64,000 nt of DNA from a virus: the IMG/VR virus record IMGVR_UViG_3300023082_000009, positions 1 through 64,000 of that record; one strand, 5' to 3'. Below the pieces are notes generated by a model that was given only the letters and a program-made list of their open reading frames with translations, searched no databases and was not told where the DNA came from. The position numbers and the translations under genes were made by a program. This document shows, piece by piece, positions 45,998 through 54,971 of this stretch (its first letter is position 1; the number at the start of each line of letters is the position of its first letter).

Positions 45998-46387
45998 ATG
46001 GCAGACCAACCAAGAGTCATTCGCCCGAAGGCTGCTCAAACGCGGCAGGCGGCGAGTCAAGAGATCGCGGGGCGTGCGACAGTCCAGACGGACTACCGCA
46101 GGAAGAAGACCACCGAGCAGGAAACGGCAAGGCAGGAATCACTCGATGCGGGGTACTTTCCCCCAGGAGTGGAGCCTGCCCTTGTCCGTGTAGGGGTGGG
46201 CAACACCATCAACCTGGGTAACTTTGAGTCCATGCGCATCGACATCAGCATCACGCTGCCGTGTCTCGTCGAGGACATCGAAGACACCTACCGTCGCGCC
46301 AGCGAATACGCGTCGGAGTTCATGGCCGAAGAAGAAGCCGTATGGCTCGGGCCAACCAACGCCAATCCAGCAAAACCTAAGCGCTAA
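45998..46387 (+). CDS. Hypothetical protein
   Basis: GAGG RBS; TINLGNFESMRID motif. Confidence 0.7.
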   Translation: MADQPRVIRPKAAQTRQAASQEIAGRATVQTDYRRKKTTEQETARQESLDAGYFPPGVEPALVRVGVGNTINLGNFESMRIDISITLPCLVEDIEDTYRRASEYASEFMAEEEAVWLGPTNANPAKPKR

Positions 46388-46398
46388 GGAGCCTCACC

Positions 46399-47538
46399 AT
46401 GGCCCGCACCATTATCCGTGGTAAACCAGTAGGAAAGCCCGCTGAGCATAAGATGGGCGCCGAGCTGATGCAGACGATCAAGGAAATCGACAAGGCGTAC
46501 GGCGGTGGCCTGGTCCTCAAGGGGCGCGGTGTGCAGCAGCCCATGCGAATCCCTACCGGCATCTTTGCCGTGGACTTGGCAACCTGCGGCGGCATCCCGG
46601 TGCGGGGCATCTCGATGTTCCACGGGCGCCGGTCCTCCGGCAAGACCACCAGCGCCTTGAAGACCATCGCCCAGGCCCAGCGACTCTGGCCGGATCTCGA
46701 TCACGTCTTCGTTGACGCCGAGCACAGCTTCGAGTCCGTGTGGGCCGCCAAGCTGGGTGTGGACCTGGACCGCTTGATCCTGGTTCAGCCAGAGACAGGG
46801 GAGCAGGGCGTGAACATCATGGACGCGCTCATGCAGACCCCAGGGGTGGGCCTCATGGTCCTGGACAGCATCGCCGCACTGATCCCGATGAAGGAGCTGG
46901 ACGCGGCAGCCGAGGACGCCCACGTAGGCATCCACGCCAAGTTGGTCACCACCCTCATGCGCCGGATCACCGCAGCCTTTTCCAAGGCCCGCCAGACTGG
47001 CCGCATGATGGCGTTCCTCTGCATCAACCAGGAGCGCGCCGGTATCGGCAAATGGGCACCACCAGGACAGGAAGCGATCAACCTGCCGGGCGGCAAGGCG
47101 CTCGATCACTACACCATGCTCCAGATCAAGTTCAAGAATAAGGAGAACATCTCGAAGGACCACCAGGGCATCGAAACCCTGGAGTACAACGAGCACGCTT
47201 TCCAGATCGACAAAAACAAAATGAATGCTGGCCTGCGCAAGGGCGAGTTCCAGCTGATGCGCCGGGCCAACGAAGAGAAGGGCTTGGTGGAGGGCGACCT
47301 CGACGACTGCGGCACCATGATCGCCTACGCCAAGAAGGTCGGCATCTACACGGGCGGCGGTCAGTCCTGGACCCTGGACCTCAATGGCGTGCCGATCAAG
47401 TTCCGCTCAGCCGATGAAGCCTGCCAGCACTTCCAGAGCGACCACGATGACTTCTGGGCGCTGCGCAACCACTTGATCGCTCTGCATGCGCAGAAGATGG
47501 GTATGCCCGCTGACTTCATCCAACGCTTCTACGAGTGA
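46399..47538 (+). CDS. recA: RecA-like recombinase
   Basis: IPTGIFAVDLATCGGIP, GRRSSGKTT, VDAEH, LDSIAAL, INQER, PGGKAL. Confidence 0.92.
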   Translation: MARTIIRGKPVGKPAEHKMGAELMQTIKEIDKAYGGGLVLKGRGVQQPMRIPTGIFAVDLATCGGIPVRGISMFHGRRSSGKTTSALKTIAQAQRLWPDLDHVFVDAEHSFESVWAAKLGVDLDRLILVQPETGEQGVNIMDALMQTPGVGLMVLDSIAALIPMKELDAAAEDAHVGIHAKLVTTLMRRITAAFSKARQTGRMMAFLCINQERAGIGKWAPPGQEAINLPGGKALDHYTMLQIKFKNKENISKDHQGIETLEYNEHAFQIDKNKMNAGLRKGEFQLMRRANEEKGLVEGDLDDCGTMIAYAKKVGIYTGGGQSWTLDLNGVPIKFRSADEACQHFQSDHDDFWALRNHLIALHAQKMGMPADFIQRFYE

Positions 47539-47545
47539 CCCTGCC

Positions 47546-47920
47546 ATGTCCGACACGCCACCTACCAACAGCGCCCTGGCACGCATGCAGCGAACCGGTA
47601 ACCTGACTGCCTCGCACAAGCGTGCTCCTAAGCAAGAAGCATCCCTGGCCAAGCGGGTAGGTGGCCGGGTAACCCCAGGCTCCGGCAACGGTGCAACGAA
47701 GGGCGACATTCGTATCAAGGGCATCGCCCGGATCGAGTGCAAGTGCACCAAGAACAAGTCCTTCTCTGTCACGTTCGACATGATCGAGAAGATCGAAGCA
47801 GCCGGGGCCGAGGGTGCCGAGCTACCAATCATTGCAATTGAGTTCATCGACGACACCGGGCGGGTTTTGAAGTCTGTAGCCGTATGCCCGATGTACGTCC
47901 TCGACAGTCTCAGGGAGTAG
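47546..47920 (+). CDS. PD-(D/E)xK nuclease, Holliday-junction resolvase-like
   Basis: TPGSG...KGDI...IECK motif. Confidence 0.7.
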   Translation: MSDTPPTNSALARMQRTGNLTASHKRAPKQEASLAKRVGGRVTPGSGNGATKGDIRIKGIARIECKCTKNKSFSVTFDMIEKIEAAGAEGAELPIIAIEFIDDTGRVLKSVAVCPMYVLDSLRE

Positions 47921-47923
47921 TCC

Positions 47924-48925
47924 ATGCCGATCATCCGCAGAATCCGAACCAGAGTGCAGGAACAGCCGCCGCAGCCGCGTGCTGAGTCCCGCGCCAGCCT
48001 CGCACTGCGTCGCCGTCGTGGCGAGACCGTGGAGCCGACGCCTGCCCCTGGTCGCCGGGTGCGCAACGCCAACCCAGATACCCAGGTTGTGCCTGCACCT
48101 AACACGGACTACCCCCTGGGCGAAGTGATCGACCGTGCGAAGTGGTCCATGCAGGACACGCGCCCAGGCCACCACCTCCACGTCAGCGACCTGCTTTATA
48201 AGTGCATCCGCAAGCGTGCCCTGGAGGAGCGGTACAGCGTCCTGCCGCCAGCGCGCCGGTTGACCATGAGCGACATGCTGACCTTCGCGATGGGCGATGC
48301 CGTCCACGACTGTCTCAAGGAGCGTGCCCGCATCGGCGCACCCGAGAAGGTCTGGGGCATCTGGTCCTGCAAGTGCAAGTACCTCACGCACGACGAGCCT
48401 TGCATCTATGCCGAGATCAACCAGGAGGAGACGTGCCCACACTGCAAGTCCCTGGTTAACCACTACAACGAAGTCTCCATGTTCGACGAGGAGTACGGGG
48501 TGGTCGGCAACCCTGACCTGATCCTGTACATCGAACGCAGCGATGCCTTCCATGTGACCGAACTCAAGTCGATGGCGCACAAGCAGTGGGAGGAGCTGAC
48601 CCGGCCCGATCCTGACCACGTTCGCCAAGTCGTCTTCTACTGGCACCTGATGCACCGCAAGGGCTACCGCCTCACCGACCGCGTGTCGATCTTCTACTGC
48701 ACCAAGCAATGGCAGTTCGGGGACAAGACCGTCTACAAGGAATTCCTCATCGACCCGGTGGCCGAGCTGCACCGCCTGGACCCGATGATCGAAGATGCCA
48801 AGGCCTACAAGGCGTGCGTGGAACTCGGGGAGGCTGCACCTTTGCCACTCCGTACCCACTGCGCCCACGAAGGCTCCAAGGATGCAAAGAAGTGCGGGGT
48901 TCTCGAACTCTGCTTTGGAGAGTGA
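47924..48925 (+). CDS. Cas4-like PD-(D/E)xK exonuclease
   Basis: HVSDL...C-x-R, GDAVH, GNPD...ELKS, QVVFY, Cys clusters. Confidence 0.75.
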   Translation: MPIIRRIRTRVQEQPPQPRAESRASLALRRRRGETVEPTPAPGRRVRNANPDTQVVPAPNTDYPLGEVIDRAKWSMQDTRPGHHLHVSDLLYKCIRKRALEERYSVLPPARRLTMSDMLTFAMGDAVHDCLKERARIGAPEKVWGIWSCKCKYLTHDEPCIYAEINQEETCPHCKSLVNHYNEVSMFDEEYGVVGNPDLILYIERSDAFHVTELKSMAHKQWEELTRPDPDHVRQVVFYWHLMHRKGYRLTDRVSIFYCTKQWQFGDKTVYKEFLIDPVAELHRLDPMIEDAKAYKACVELGEAAPLPLRTHCAHEGSKDAKKCGVLELCFGE

Positions 48926-48926
48926 C

Positions 48927-49439
48927 ATGCGCATTCAGAGATCGCGCCCTGGTGCGCAGCCACAAGCAAAGGCCGAACACATCCTGGGCGTAGACCCAGG
49001 CAACTCCGGCGCCCTCGTCGTGCTGACTGAGCGAGGGGCATTCGTCGACGCGCTCAACGTACCTATCGTTCAGTCAGGCAAGAGTTACCGCGTCAACGGG
49101 GCGGCGGTCGCTGCCTTCCTTTGGAAGTACAACATCATCCATGCCTACATCGAGAAGGTAGGGTCCATGCCCGGCCAGGGCGTCGCCTCGATGTTCACGT
49201 TCGGCCATGCAGCCGGGCTGGTAGAAGGTGTAGTAGCCGGTCAGATGATTCCGATCAGCCACATCACCCCGCAGTCCTGGAAGAAGATGGCCGGACTGAC
49301 AGGCAAGGAGAAGGATTGCGCCCGGTCCCGCTGCGTCCAGCTCTACCCACACGTCCGCGTCCTGGACACCAAGGTGCGGGGCGGTGCAATAGGCGATGCC
49401 ATCCTGATCGCCAGGGCCGGACACGGACTGCCGCTATAA
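48927..49439 (+). CDS. RuvC-like resolvase
   Basis: LGVDPG, YIEKV...QGVASMFTFG, PQSWK, DAILIA. Confidence 0.85.
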   Translation: MRIQRSRPGAQPQAKAEHILGVDPGNSGALVVLTERGAFVDALNVPIVQSGKSYRVNGAAVAAFLWKYNIIHAYIEKVGSMPGQGVASMFTFGHAAGLVEGVVAGQMIPISHITPQSWKKMAGLTGKEKDCARSRCVQLYPHVRVLDTKVRGGAIGDAILIARAGHGLPL

Positions 49440-49445
49440 GTTTCA

Positions 49446-49461
49446 ATGCAATTGATTGCAC
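49446..49461. repeat. Dispersed palindrome copy (upstream of promoter, reverse)
   Basis: ATGCAATTGATTGCAC. Confidence 0.9.
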
Positions 49462-49478
49462 CAAAGGTCTGTGAAGAC

Positions 49479-49507
49479 TTGAATAAAGAATGAACCCGCC
49501 CTACTAT
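49479..49507 (+). promoter_or_regulatory. Sigma70-type promoter
   Basis: TTGAAT-N17-TACTAT. Confidence 0.6.
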
Positions 49508-49569
49508 CACTTCGCGAGTTCACCAACTTGACCCGGCATCCCGCCACCTACACACGAGAGTTACCCACC

Positions 49570-51063
49570 ATGGCAAACACCAAAGCTAAATCCGCTCCGG
49601 TTGAGGAAGCGGCTGCCGACATCGAAGTCGGTTCCAATGTCACCTTCCTCGGCTACGATGCCGACACCCCCGAAGCCGAACGCATCCTCGAAGCTGGCGA
49701 GCGTTACGAAGTAATCGAACTGCCCGGCACCACCGAGATCGACGGCGAAGTTGTCGAAACCGGTTACGTTCTGCGCCTGCCGAACCCTGACTTCAACAAG
49801 AAGAAAAAGGTTCACGCCGAAACCAACCCTGAATTCCTGGAAACCGAAGTCTTCGCCGAAGAGATCGAACTCTACGTTGAAGGCGACGATGCGGGTGCCG
49901 AAGGTGGCGAAGCTGCCGACGCGGGCGCTGATGCCCCAGGCGATGATGACCCTCTGACCTACGAAGAGCTGGCCGGTTACGACAAAGCCCAGCTGCTCGA
50001 ATTCGCAGAAGTCAACGAAGTCAAGCTGACCGCAGCTGACAAGAAAACCGACAAGGCGCTCCTGGCCAAGCTGGCTGCCGTCTACGAGCTGAGCCCTGCC
50101 GAGCCTGCCCCTACCAAGGCACCGGCCAAACCAGCAGCCAAAACTGCCGCAGCCAAGCCTGCCGCCGAAGCGCCTGCTGCCAAGCCTGAAACCGCCGCAG
50201 CCAAGAAAAAGCGTGAAGCTGCCGAAGCCGCGCAGAAGACCGCAGCCGCTGCCAAGAACAAAGGCGTGAACAAGTCGCCCGAAGGCGAAGTCGATCCTGA
50301 CGAAGTGCCGGACCTGGACAACGAAGACGATGCCGTTCTGGCGTTGATCGACGGTGACGTGGATCTGGTCGAAGTAGCCCAGGAACTGGAATCGGCGGTG
50401 GCCGTGTCCGAGTACCAACTCGGCGGCGTGCTGTACCACATCAAAAAAGAAAAAGTGCATCTGGCCGTCGACAAGAAGGGCAAGCTGCTCAACCCTGAAT
50501 ACGGCGAAACGGGCGGCTTCAAGCTGTTCCTCCAGGAGAACTTCAACCTGGACTACCGCAAGGCCACCTACCTGATCGACATCTACATCAACTTCACCCA
50601 GGCCGGTATCGAAAACCCGTCCGAAGTTGTTGGCCGTATCGGCTGGACCAAGGCAAGCAAGATCGCCAAGCCGCTGGGCCTGCCTGACGCTGACGTAGAA
50701 GGCCTGATCCAGGCTGCCGAGAACAACACCGTTCAAGACCTGTCTACCATCATCAAAGATGAATTCACGGTCGGCGGCGGTGAGGGCGCCAGCAAAGGCT
50801 CCGAAGGTACCAAGGTCAATCGCCTGACCCTGCGCTTCCGCTTCGTTGAAGAAGAAGCCAACGTGGTCGAGGACATCCTCAAGGAAGCCGCTGAGAAACT
50901 CGGCGTCAAAGAAGATGAAGCCTTGTTCCAGATCCTGACCGAGTATCACGCACAAGCCCTGACCGGCGACGCTGATGCCCAGGACGTGGAAGACACTGCC
51001 AAGGCAGCGGCCAACGCCAAGCCAGCTACACGCGGTAAGCCTCGTGGCGCAGCTCGTGCCTAA
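49570..51063 (+). CDS. Acidic protein with AKP-rich linker, putative DNA-binding/organising protein
   Basis: Own promoter and terminator; strongly biased codons; GF...YRKA...IGWTKA C-terminal domain. Confidence 0.7.
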   Translation: MANTKAKSAPVEEAAADIEVGSNVTFLGYDADTPEAERILEAGERYEVIELPGTTEIDGEVVETGYVLRLPNPDFNKKKKVHAETNPEFLETEVFAEEIELYVEGDDAGAEGGEAADAGADAPGDDDPLTYEELAGYDKAQLLEFAEVNEVKLTAADKKTDKALLAKLAAVYELSPAEPAPTKAPAKPAAKTAAAKPAAEAPAAKPETAAAKKKREAAEAAQKTAAAAKNKGVNKSPEGEVDPDEVPDLDNEDDAVLALIDGDVDLVEVAQELESAVAVSEYQLGGVLYHIKKEKVHLAVDKKGKLLNPEYGETGGFKLFLQENFNLDYRKATYLIDIYINFTQAGIENPSEVVGRIGWTKASKIAKPLGLPDADVEGLIQAAENNTVQDLSTIIKDEFTVGGGEGASKGSEGTKVNRLTLRFRFVEEEANVVEDILKEAAEKLGVKEDEALFQILTEYHAQALTGDADAQDVEDTAKAAANAKPATRGKPRGAARA

Positions 51064-51081
51064 CTGACCCGCAGCAACCAG

Positions 51082-51111
51082 AAAAGGCACCCACTACCGG
51101 GTGCCTTTTTT
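51082..51111 (+). terminator. Rho-independent terminator
   Basis: AAAAGGCACCC-ACTACC-GGGTGCCTTTT-TT. Confidence 0.85.
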
Positions 51112-51131
51112 ACTTGACCAGGAGATCTGCT

Positions 51132-51893
51132 ATGCCAACTCCAATTCGCCCAGGTCGTAAGTCGGTGAACGTGACCCGACCAGAGAAGGGCAGTACCCCG
51201 GCACGCCCGTCGCGCCCTGCGCCACGGCCAAAGCCAACCGACATGTCCAAGGTCAAACTGCGCCTTGAGTACGTGGACATCAATGACATCCAGCCCTACG
51301 AATGGAACGCACGCGACAACGCCAAGGCTGTGACTGCCGTGGCCAACTCGATCAGAGCGTTCGGCTTTGTCGTGCCCGTAGTGATCGACGCCAACGGCGT
51401 GCTGGGCGCTGGCCACACTCGTGTCGAAGCAGCCAAGACCCTGGGAATGCTGGAGGTTCCTGCGGTGCGGGCGGAGCACTTGACCAAGGAACAGATGGAC
51501 GCCTTCCGTATCGCCGATAACAAGGTGGCGGAGATGGCAACCTGGAATACCTCGATGCTGGCGGATGAGATGGACAAGCTGACCGGCCTGTTCGACTTCA
51601 CCGACTTCGGTTTCGGCCAGGGCGAGATCGACTGCCTTGCGTCCCTGGTAGGCGACGACTGCCTGTCTACTGCCAACCTGGGCGCCCTCACCGGTACCGC
51701 AGCAGGCGAAGAGACTCCAGGCCGCAGCGTTCGCCGTGCGCCGCTCCAGGCCCGCATCGTGATCGGTGAGCTGACCTTCTTTGTCCCCGCCGAGCAGTAC
51801 CGTAACTGGGTGCAGGGTCTGCGCGATCTGCACGACTTCAAAGACGAAGACATTGCGGCTGATCTGAAACGCCGCCTGGGGTTCCACGAATGA
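51132..51893 (+). CDS. ParB/Srx N-terminal domain protein
   Basis: PYEWNAR, SIRAFGFVVPVVID, AGHTR, RIADNK. Confidence 0.88.
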   Translation: MPTPIRPGRKSVNVTRPEKGSTPARPSRPAPRPKPTDMSKVKLRLEYVDINDIQPYEWNARDNAKAVTAVANSIRAFGFVVPVVIDANGVLGAGHTRVEAAKTLGMLEVPAVRAEHLTKEQMDAFRIADNKVAEMATWNTSMLADEMDKLTGLFDFTDFGFGQGEIDCLASLVGDDCLSTANLGALTGTAAGEETPGRSVRRAPLQARIVIGELTFFVPAEQYRNWVQGLRDLHDFKDEDIAADLKRRLGFHE

Positions 51894-52486
51894 AATACCT
51901 CCCTTGGATTGTTTGCTCCATCATCGCCCTGGCCTACCCCTTCGCCGGGTACCTGCCAGCCCTCGTACCTGGGACGGACTGGGGCCTCGTAGGCGTCCTG
52001 GCTGCACCGCTCCGGCATGCGACCCTTCTACACCTCGCGGTGAATCTGTTACCCTTGGCCTACCTCCTCAGCCTGATGCGCAACGACCCGCCTGCCCGTG
52101 TGATCATGGGCCTGCTGACCATCGTTGTAGTGGGAGGTATGTGGGTGTGGTTCTGGGGTCGACTCGGTATCCACGAAGGGGCAAGCGGCCTCACCCTCGG
52201 CGTGCTGGCAATGCTGGCGATGCGCACTGACTACCGATCCGTACTATCCGTTGCAGCCCTGGTGGGCACCGGCATCGCCCTTGAGTATGTGAACATACCC
52301 GAGGCGTCCTGGGAGACCCACCTGGGTGGCTTCGTGGCTGGAGCCTACTACGGGATCATCACACTGAACTGGAAGAGCAAGCGGGAGATGGACCATGACG
52401 ACGAATCGAGTAGTGCGCAGGCTACGCCATGCCCGGCCAAGTGCCGAAGTGACAGCCGACCACATTACCCTGGTCCCGGTCGATAA
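51890..52486 (+). CDS. Rhomboid-family intramembrane serine protease
   Basis: H-x4-HL-x2-N, GASG and HLGG catalytic motifs; multiple TM segments. Confidence 0.8.
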   Translation: MKYLPWIVCSIIALAYPFAGYLPALVPGTDWGLVGVLAAPLRHATLLHLAVNLLPLAYLLSLMRNDPPARVIMGLLTIVVVGGMWVWFWGRLGIHEGASGLTLGVLAMLAMRTDYRSVLSVAALVGTGIALEYVNIPEASWETHLGGFVAGAYYGIITLNWKSKREMDHDDESSSAQATPCPAKCRSDSRPHYPGPGR

Positions 52487-53951
52487 GCTGACCCCCGACA
52501 ATAAGAACCCCCGCAAGGCGGACCAAGCCCGGTCCGCTCTGCTGCTCCTCTCGCTCAAGAAGTTGAGCTTCCTCATGCCGCTGTTCCGTCAAAGGTCCAG
52601 CGGCTTGTTGCTGTCTGGCCACCAGCGCCTCACCCAGTCGAAGATCCTGGGCCTGGATGCGGTGCCGGTGGTAGACGTGGATGTCGAGGACAGCGAGGTG
52701 ATGAACATCAACCTCCTGTTCAACCGACTGACCAACGACTTCAACGCGTTCGACACGGGAGCCCAGGTCCAGGAGCGCCTGGACATGAAGCAGGTGCTTG
52801 CGCTGCTGGAGGCCCTACCGGACGCCGAGGGTCACTACGCCCTGGGCTGCACCGTGGAACCGATCCGGCAGTTCGCTCGGGCGGTGGGTGATCAGTACGA
52901 CAAGAAGGCCGCAGTCACAGCCGGTGCCTTTACCCGTATGAATATCCGCATCCCTCTCGTCGTCAGCGAGTCCGGCAAGGTGGTCAATGGCGTCAACCGG
53001 ATGTTCGCCGCGCTCGACCGTGGTATCGAAGAGTGGCCGGTAGTCCGGGTGCCCGACGACATCGCCGAGGTTGCAGCCGTGGTGCTGAACTACCTGTCCA
53101 TGGACTTCTCCGTCGACGACGATTTCAAGAACCTGCTGCGCTCCTCTGCGTTCCGCCGCGTGTCGAACAACCGGGGCACCGTAGGCAAGACCTACCGCTT
53201 CTGGGCCAACGGCTGCCGCTCGCTCCTGGATCGCGACAGCTACTCGCCGGAGTATTGGTCGAACTTCCGCCAGCTGCACGGCAACTCGATCCTGGACTTC
53301 GGGGCGGGCCTCGGGAAGGTGGCGCCCTACCTCCTGACCAAGGGCTTCGACGCTCACGACTTCGAGCCGTACCGCGTAGACCCAGACATGAATGCCGCCG
53401 AGCCCTCGCGCACCTACAGCAGGGAGCAGGCCAAGCGATTCCTCAAGGCCATCGAGAACCCCGAGCAGCGCTTCGACAGCATCTTCATGTCTGCCGTGAT
53501 GAACTCGATCCCGTTCCCGGAAGACCGGCTCATGGTGCTGGCGATTGTCCATGCGCTGTGTGCCCGTGAAACCGTGGTCTACGGAACCTGCCGCGACATG
53601 TCCGACTTTGACTACGAGTACGGCGGCGTGCGCAACGGCAACTACTTCGTCTGGGATACCGAGCCGGGCGTTCGCCTGGGCGACGTGTCGAGCTGCCCCA
53701 AGCTCCAGAAGTTCATGACCCAGGAAGAGGCTCGCGGGTACTTCGAGCGCTTCTGGACCACTATCGAGTTCTGGAAGGGTGGCAACGTGTTCTACTTCAA
53801 GCTCTCCGATCCGAAGGGCGTGAACATCAAGGCCCTGGGCCAGTCGCTAGACTTCGAGTTCAACCTGCCGTTTCGGGACGGCAAGGGCTTGGATCTGGTC
53901 AAGGAAGCCAAGGCTGCATTCAGCAAGCGTCTGCGGAGGCAAGTTCCATGA
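52395..53951 (+). CDS. Tandem ParB-like domains fused to a class I SAM-dependent methyltransferase fold
   Basis: NPRK...LLSGHQR; second PLVV...VNGVNR; ILDFGAG...DFEPY...FMSAVMNSIP. Confidence 0.8.
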   Translation: MTTNRVVRRLRHARPSAEVTADHITLVPVDKLTPDNKNPRKADQARSALLLLSLKKLSFLMPLFRQRSSGLLLSGHQRLTQSKILGLDAVPVVDVDVEDSEVMNINLLFNRLTNDFNAFDTGAQVQERLDMKQVLALLEALPDAEGHYALGCTVEPIRQFARAVGDQYDKKAAVTAGAFTRMNIRIPLVVSESGKVVNGVNRMFAALDRGIEEWPVVRVPDDIAEVAAVVLNYLSMDFSVDDDFKNLLRSSAFRRVSNNRGTVGKTYRFWANGCRSLLDRDSYSPEYWSNFRQLHGNSILDFGAGLGKVAPYLLTKGFDAHDFEPYRVDPDMNAAEPSRTYSREQAKRFLKAIENPEQRFDSIFMSAVMNSIPFPEDRLMVLAIVHALCARETVVYGTCRDMSDFDYEYGGVRNGNYFVWDTEPGVRLGDVSSCPKLQKFMTQEEARGYFERFWTTIEFWKGGNVFYFKLSDPKGVNIKALGQSLDFEFNLPFRDGKGLDLVKEAKAAFSKRLRRQVP

Positions 53952-54220
53952 AACACATCACCGATGGGTATCAGCCAGTGAGTGCAGGGCGCGTGGGCGC
54001 TGCCCCTCCAAAGGAGCGCTTCGACCCACCTCCTACTACCGAGGAACGGCGCGTCACCAAGACCCAGTTACAGGCCGAGCTGCGTAACGAGATCCTCGAA
54101 GAGCTGGCTGTGCTGCGGCGCATCATCAAGGGCCGAACTCTGGGCGCCGATGTATGCCTGGACAAGCACGAGGCAGAGTCCCTGGCCGACCGTCTACAGA
54201 GTTGGGCCGGTCGCGTCTAA
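53948..54220 (+). CDS. Hypothetical protein
   Basis: GGAGG RBS; ATGA coupling. Confidence 0.6.
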   Translation: MKHITDGYQPVSAGRVGAAPPKERFDPPPTTEERRVTKTQLQAELRNEILEELAVLRRIIKGRTLGADVCLDKHEAESLADRLQSWAGRV

Positions 54221-54224
54221 TCGA

Positions 54225-54240
54225 ATGCAATCAATTGCAC
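54225..54240. repeat. Dispersed palindrome copy (abuts RBS of CmoA-like gene)
   Basis: ATGCAATCAATTGCAC. Confidence 0.9.
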
Positions 54241-54250
54241 GGAGTACACC

Positions 54251-54961
54251 ATGAACAGTCCCGCACACTTCCCGGCCAACCCTTCCCGCTTCGTCTTCGA
54301 CGCGTCGGTGGCAGCCATCTTCGATGACATGGCCGACCGCTCGATCCCACTCTTCCGGGAGGCGCACCGCAACAACGTCAAGCTGGCGGAGCCCTGGCTG
54401 GCGAGCGATCCCCAGGTGCTGGACGTGGGCGCGTCCCGTGGTGCGTTCCTGCTGGAGCTGGATCGCCTATACGGCATCGACAACTTTGACGTGCGCGCCA
54501 CCGACATCAGCCCGGAGATGGTGGCCTACATGCGGGAGGACTTCCCCTCGGTGCAGGTCGACCAGCTGGACATCACCACCAGCGCGTTCCTCAACTGCTC
54601 CCACACGTACGACGTGATCAACTTCACCTACGTACTCCAGTTCATCCCGAAGGAGCTGCAACGCATTGTGCTGGCCAAGGTGTGCGCCATGGTCAAGCCG
54701 GGCGGTGTGCTCTTTATCGGCCAGAAGAACAAGGACGACAGCCCCGCAGGCCAGATGCTCCACAAGCAGTACATCAAATGGCGCATGGACAATGGCTACA
54801 CCCAGGAAGAGATCGACGCCAAGACGAAGGCACTTGCTGGTAGCATGTGGCCCACTGATGAGGCTATGCTCATCGGAGATCTCAAAGGCGCCGGGATGGT
54901 CGAGGTGGTACGCACCTGCTCCTGGGGTCCATTCAGCAACCTGATGTGCATCAAGCGATAA
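54251..54961 (+). CDS. CmoA-like protein (carboxy-SAM synthase family)
   Basis: FVFD-x2-VA-x2-FDDM-x2-RSIP, LDVGAS-x-G, DIS-x2-M, VLQF, NGYT-x2-EI-x2-K, all following the CmoA pattern. Confidence 0.8.
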   Translation: MNSPAHFPANPSRFVFDASVAAIFDDMADRSIPLFREAHRNNVKLAEPWLASDPQVLDVGASRGAFLLELDRLYGIDNFDVRATDISPEMVAYMREDFPSVQVDQLDITTSAFLNCSHTYDVINFTYVLQFIPKELQRIVLAKVCAMVKPGGVLFIGQKNKDDSPAGQMLHKQYIKWRMDNGYTQEEIDAKTKALAGSMWPTDEAMLIGDLKGAGMVEVVRTCSWGPFSNLMCIKR

Positions 54962-54971
54962 GGAGACGGAC

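Noticed and set aside
47924-48925. Cas4-like nuclease as evidence of CRISPR-Cas
   Set aside because: No repeat-spacer array or other cas genes; solo Cas4-like nucleases are common in phage recombination modules.
51132-53951. Classical ParABS plasmid-partition system
   Set aside because: No ParA ATPase in the window and no HTH visible in the ParB-like proteins; they look like the modification-associated type.
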